Shown here: in pieces, positions 60,015 to 64,000 of the stretch | Layout: each line of letters starts with the position of its first letter | Numbering within the stretch: position 1 is the stretch's first letter | NCBI GenBank assembly: GCA_963782055.1 | Contig: CAWAIF010000003.1 | Coordinates: forward strand, 4,608,001 to 4,672,000 | Length of the DNA: 64,000 bases | Direction: 5' to 3' | Source of the DNA: an uncultured delta proteobacterium | Lineage (GTDB): Bacteria > Myxococcota_A > Polyangia > Polyangiales > Polyangiaceae | Notes under the pieces: model-generated | What the model was told of the DNA's origin: nothing | What the model saw: the letters and a program-made list of their open reading frames with translations, nothing else | The model's database searches: none | Position numbers and translations under genes: made by a program

Positions 60015-60728
60015 ATGCCCTACCGCGACGAGAAGGAAGCCCTGCGCGCCCGACTGGAGGAGCTGGAGCGGAGCCTCTCCCACATCGACACCCGCTCCCG
60101 GGAGCTGGACGACCTCCGCCGCGACGAGCCCGACCTACGCCGCCGGCGCGACGAGCTGCGCGGCAAGCTGCGCGAGCTGGAGGGCCGTCGCACCCTCCCC
60201 ATGCTCGACGACGTCCGCGTCGCAAGCCCGTGCCACGAGAAGTGGGAGGACATGGTCGGCGACCAGGCGTCGCGCTACTGCCTCAAGTGCGAGAAGAACG
60301 TCTACGACCTCTCCTCGATGACCCGCGAGCAGGCCGACGCCCTCATCCTCGCGAAGGAGGGCAAGCTCTGCGTCCGCTTCTACCGCCGGGCCGATGGCAC
60401 CATCCTGACCGCCGACTGTCCGGAGGGCGTAGCCCGCAAGCGCCGCCGCCGCGTCGCCGCCGGCCTGGTCGGCGCGGGCCTCCTCGCCTCCGGCGCCATG
60501 GGCGCGGGGCTCGCCATGACTGACACCGGCGCCAACCCCCACACGATGGGGGACATGGCCGCCGTGGGCAAGACGGGCACCCACGAGACGACCAGCCCGA
60601 CCTTCGAGCGCGGCCAGCCCCCTCGCCGCCACGTGGAGATGGGCGGCATCGGACACGTACCCCCGCAGCACGTCACGATGGGCAAGATGGTGGTGCACAC
60701 GGCCGACCCGAAACCATCCAAGCGCTGA
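60015..60728 (+). CDS. Coiled-coil + Cys-rich domain single-pass membrane protein (copy B)
   Basis: 149/165 N-terminal residues identical to copy A by manual alignment; divergent Met/His-rich tail. Confidence 0.85.
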   Translation: MPYRDEKEALRARLEELERSLSHIDTRSRELDDLRRDEPDLRRRRDELRGKLRELEGRRTLPMLDDVRVASPCHEKWEDMVGDQASRYCLKCEKNVYDLSSMTREQADALILAKEGKLCVRFYRRADGTILTADCPEGVARKRRRRVAAGLVGAGLLASGAMGAGLAMTDTGANPHTMGDMAAVGKTGTHETTSPTFERGQPPRRHVEMGGIGHVPPQHVTMGKMVVHTADPKPSKR

Positions 60729-60761
60729 GCCGAACCGCGCGGAGGCGGCAGCCCCCTCCCC

Positions 60762-61877
60762 TCACCCGTTCTTCTTCGCGAAGTCCTTCATGAAGTCGGC
60801 CAGCAGGCGCGCCCACTCCACCGGCACCGCGTTGTAGAGCGAGACGCGGATCCCGCCCACCGAGCGGTGGCCCTTCAGGCCCACCATCCGCTCCTTCTTC
60901 GCCTCGCTCACGAACTTCGCCTCCAGCTCCTCGCTCGGCAGGCGGAAGACCACGTTCATCACGCTGCGGTCCTCCTTCGCCACCGGCGCGCGGTAGAAGC
61001 CGCCGCTCCCGTCCACCGCGCCGTAGACGAGCCCCGCCTTCTCGCGGTTGCGCTTCTCCATCGCGGGCAGGCCGCCCTCGCCCTTCACCCAGTCGAGGAC
61101 GTTGCGGATCAGGTAGATGGAGAAGGTGGGAGGCGTGTTGTAGAGCGACTTCGCCTCGGCGTGCGTGCGGTACTGGAAGATCTTGGGGATGTCGGCGCGC
61201 CCCTGCGCGACGAAGCTCTTCTTCATCACCACCACCACGATGCCGCTCGGCCCGATGTTCTTCTGCGCGCCCGCGTAGACCATCGCGTAGCGGGAGAGGT
61301 CCGTCGGGCGCCAGAGGAAGTCGCTCGACATGTCGCAGACGTGCGGCACCGCGCCGGTCTCGAAGGGCTCGTGGCGCTCCACGCCGTGGATGGTCTCGTT
61401 GGTGGTGGTGTGGACGTACGCGGCGCCGGCGTCGAGCTGCGCGTCGGCGGTCTTGGGCGCCCGCACGTAGGTCTTGTCCTTGCCCTCGCCCGTCACCGAA
61501 GTCGCCGCGACGCGCACGCTGGCGCCGTAGAGCTTGGCCACCACCTTCGCCTCGCTCACTGCCTTCTCACCCCAGGTGCCGTTGACGACGTAGTCGGCGC
61601 TCTTGCCCTGGGCGAGGAAGTTCATCGGCATCACCGCGAACTGCTGCGAGGCGCCGCCCTGCAGCAAGAGCACGTCGCTGTCGTCCCCGATGCCGGCGAG
61701 CTCGCGCAGCAGCGCGATCGCCTCGTCGTGGACGGCCTCGTAGTCCTTGCCGCGGTGGCTGTGCTCCATCACCGACATCCCGGTGCCGGCGAAGTCGGTC
61801 AGCTCCGCCTGGGCGCGCTCGAGCGCGGGCAGCGGAAGGGTGGCGGGGCCTGCGTTGAAGTTGATCGCACGGGTCAT
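60762..61877 (-). CDS. serC: Phosphoserine aminotransferase
   Basis: [58 protein letters not shown]. Confidence 0.97.
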   Translation of the reverse strand: MTRAINFNAGPATLPLPALERAQAELTDFAGTGMSVMEHSHRGKDYEAVHDEAIALLRELAGIGDDSDVLLLQGGASQQFAVMPMNFLAQGKSADYVVNGTWGEKAVSEAKVVAKLYGASVRVAATSVTGEGKDKTYVRAPKTADAQLDAGAAYVHTTTNETIHGVERHEPFETGAVPHVCDMSSDFLWRPTDLSRYAMVYAGAQKNIGPSGIVVVVMKKSFVAQGRADIPKIFQYRTHAEAKSLYNTPPTFSIYLIRNVLDWVKGEGGLPAMEKRNREKAGLVYGAVDGSGGFYRAPVAKEDRSVMNVVFRLPSEELEAKFVSEAKKERMVGLKGHRSVGGIRVSLYNAVPVEWARLLADFMKDFAKKNG

Positions 61878-61937
61878 GGGCTGCCAAGCATGATGGGCTT
61901 TGCCCCGGGGGCGCAAGGGCGTAGAAGGCCTCTCGCC

Positions 61938-62255
61938 GTGAGGTCCTTGCCACCGTCCGCCCTCGCCGTGGGGCTGCTCCTCCTGGCCCCGGGGTGTCAC
62001 CGCCGCGTCACCCGGGCAGAGTGCGACGCCATGCTCGACCGCTACGTCGACATGACCCTCGGCGACGACCCCGCCCTCGCCAAGGTGCCCCCGGAGCAGC
62101 GGGCGGAGGCCAGCGCGGCGGCCCTGGCCGACAAGCGCGAGCAGCCCGAGTACCGGCGGCGGGAGGCCCAGTGTCTCCGGGAGGTCGGCCGCGACGAGTA
62201 CGACTGCGCCATGAAGGCCCCCACCCCCAACGAGTGGGAAGCCTGCATCGAGTAG
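61938..62255 (+). CDS. Small Cys-containing lipoprotein
   Basis: Lipobox APGC; EC..M..QC..YDCAMKA..C pattern. Confidence 0.7.
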   Translation: MRSLPPSALAVGLLLLAPGCHRRVTRAECDAMLDRYVDMTLGDDPALAKVPPEQRAEASAAALADKREQPEYRRREAQCLREVGRDEYDCAMKAPTPNEWEACIE

Positions 62256-62302
62256 CCCATTTTTCGCCCCCTAGCCGGGTGGGGGTCGGTACTCTACCGC
62301 CG

Positions 62303-62797
62303 ATGCGAACCACGACGTCGGGGCTCATCGGCCTCCTCCTTTGCGGCAGCGTCGCGTGCGCGGGGTCGCACCCGCCGCCGCCCATCGAGGAGGTGCCCAT
62401 CAACCAGGACCCCTCGGTGTCCGGGATGGATGACGACTCCTCCGGCGGGGGCACGACCGACGACCACGGCGGCACCGGGGACCACACGGTGGACACCACG
62501 GCGCACCACGACAAGGACGCCGGCGCCGACGAGACCCCCGACGCCGGGGAGACCGCCACGACGTTCAAGCATCACGCGGGCGGGCTGACCCTCAAGCAGT
62601 GCACCGACATGGTGATGCACCTGGCCAAGCTCACCGCCAAGGAGACGAAGAAGAAGGCCCCCAGGGAGAAGGACCTCGCGCAGCACCCCATCTACGGACA
62701 GATGGTGGTCCAGTGCGGCGACGAGACCACCAAGAAGCAGTACCACTGCGCGGCGCGGGCCCACAGCTCGTCCGCCTGGCGAAAGTGCATGAAATGA
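62303..62797 (+). CDS. Small Cys-containing lipoprotein
   Basis: Lipobox VAC, acidic linker, QC..M..QC..YHCAARA..C, the same pattern as the upstream gene. Confidence 0.7.
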   Translation: MRTTTSGLIGLLLCGSVACAGSHPPPPIEEVPINQDPSVSGMDDDSSGGGTTDDHGGTGDHTVDTTAHHDKDAGADETPDAGETATTFKHHAGGLTLKQCTDMVMHLAKLTAKETKKKAPREKDLAQHPIYGQMVVQCGDETTKKQYHCAARAHSSSAWRKCMK

Positions 62798-63594
62798 GCC
62801 TCGACGTCACAGCTCGCCGCGGGGGCATGCTCCCCCTCCTCGCCGTACTCGCCCTGCTGCCGCTCGCGTGCGGCGGCGGCCAGGAAGAGACCAAGACCGC
62901 CGACAACGCGCAGGGCGACGACACCTCGTCGGACAACGGCGGCGCCACGGCCGACGAGGGCGACGGCGGCGCCACGGCCGACAACGCCGACGCCGCCAAG
63001 CCCGACCCCTGCACCGGCTTCGACATGGACCTGGCGACCGCGCTCATGGAGGACGCGTGCGAGGCCCCCAACCCCAAGCCGGACGCCAAGCCACTCGACG
63101 TGCAGGGCAAGCTGGACGTCAAGGTCATCCCCTCCAGCGGCGCCGTCGCGCCCGGCGGCCACGTCGACCTGACCGTGGTCATGACCAACAAGTCGAAGGC
63201 CCCCATCTCCCTGGACTTCTCCCTCGACCCCACCCCCCGCTTCGTCGTGGAGGCCTACACGCCGAAGGGCAAGCGCGTCGACATGCCGCACGGCAACCCG
63301 CCCAAGCTGCCGCCCGGCGTCCCGGAGCGCGTGGCCACCATCCACAACACCGCCCGCATCACCATCGTCCCCAACGGCACCGCCAAGGCGAAGGTCGGCT
63401 GGGACGCGGTGCGCACCAAGTGGGCGCCGAAGAAGCTCCGCGGCACGCCGCCGGAGGAGGGCTACCCGCGCGAGCCGGCGGGCAAGCTCCCCAAGGGCCG
63501 CTACGAGCTGCGCGTCGTCACGCCGATGGAGGGGATCTTCGAGGGCGAGAACCACGAGGTGAGCGCGCCGAAGGTCGAGATCGTCGTTCAGTGA
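62794..63594 (+). CDS. Hypothetical lipoprotein with Ig-like beta domain
   Basis: LPLAC lipobox, acidic linker; overlapping start/stop codons at both ends. Confidence 0.7.
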   Translation: MSLDVTARRGGMLPLLAVLALLPLACGGGQEETKTADNAQGDDTSSDNGGATADEGDGGATADNADAAKPDPCTGFDMDLATALMEDACEAPNPKPDAKPLDVQGKLDVKVIPSSGAVAPGGHVDLTVVMTNKSKAPISLDFSLDPTPRFVVEAYTPKGKRVDMPHGNPPKLPPGVPERVATIHNTARITIVPNGTAKAKVGWDAVRTKWAPKKLRGTPPEEGYPREPAGKLPKGRYELRVVTPMEGIFEGENHEVSAPKVEIVVQ

Positions 63595-64000
63595 CCTCTC
63601 CCACCGCTCCTCGCGGGGGCTTCCGCGCGGTCTTCTTCGGCACGCCCGAGTTCTCGGTGCCGTGCCTCGAGGCGCTGGCGGAGGTGGCGACGGTCGTCGC
63701 CGCGGTGTGCCGGCCGGACAAGCCCGTCGGCCGCGGCCTCGCGATGCAGGAGCCGCCCGTGAAGCGGCGCGCGCAGGCGCTGGGCATCCCCGTGGTGCAG
63801 CCCACCAAGCTGCGCACCGGGGAGTTCGCCGCGTGGCTGCGCGAGCAGAACGCCGACGTGGCGCTCGTCGTCGCCTACGGCCGCATCCTGCCCCAGGACG
63901 TGCTGGACGCGCCGCGCCTCGGGTGCGTCAACGTCCACGCGTCCATCCTGCCAAAGTACCGCGGGGCGGCGCCCATCGCGTGGGCGGTGGTGCGCGGCGA
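63591..64000 (+). CDS. fmt: Methionyl-tRNA formyltransferase, 5' part (truncated by window edge)
   Basis: Own translation from GTG 63591: VFFGTPEF, PDKPVGRG, VVAYGRIL, NVHASILPKYRGAAPI. Confidence 0.96.
   Translation, partial: MTSPTAPRGGFRAVFFGTPEFSVPCLEALAEVATVVAAVCRPDKPVGRGLAMQEPPVKRRAQALGIPVVQPTKLRTGEFAAWLREQNADVALVVAYGRILPQDVLDAPRLGCVNVHASILPKYRGAAPIAWAVVRG

Overview
Very GC-rich bacterial chromosomal segment. The gene content points to a myxobacterium of the Polyangiales/Sorangiineae type (inference): Asp-Ala-Gly-linker Cys-rich lipoproteins, ECF sigma/TPR anti-sigma cassettes, a giant TPR protein, a Ser/Thr kinase, an FHA protein and many sigma54-type promoters. Housekeeping genes (accD, folC, yajQ, glmM, rpiA, ahcY with an ArsR-methyltransferase regulator, serC, fmt) are interspersed with accessory genes. 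No rRNA, tRNA, CRISPR array, transposase or integrase was recognised. Main observations: (1) two paralogous cassettes of predicted outer-membrane beta-barrel + ECF sigma + TPR-type anti-sigma + secreted lipoprotein, one with a recurring candidate promoter (TG/GA)ACGG-N17-CACT, suggesting a TonB-receptor-independent cell-surface signalling system; (2) a head-to-head pair of Cys-rich membrane-protein paralogs (149/165 identical N-terminal residues, divergent tails), each with the same AAAC-N16-CGTC-N9-ATG promoter, flanking a MarR gene and a perfect 15-bp palindrome between C-rich and G-rich tracts; (3) four apparent +1 frameshifts at GATTC where GATC restores the frame, probably a methylation-linked sequencing error; (4) widespread -10-box-N6/7-start (leaderless) gene architecture. 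All functional calls come from motif recognition by eye, not database searches.
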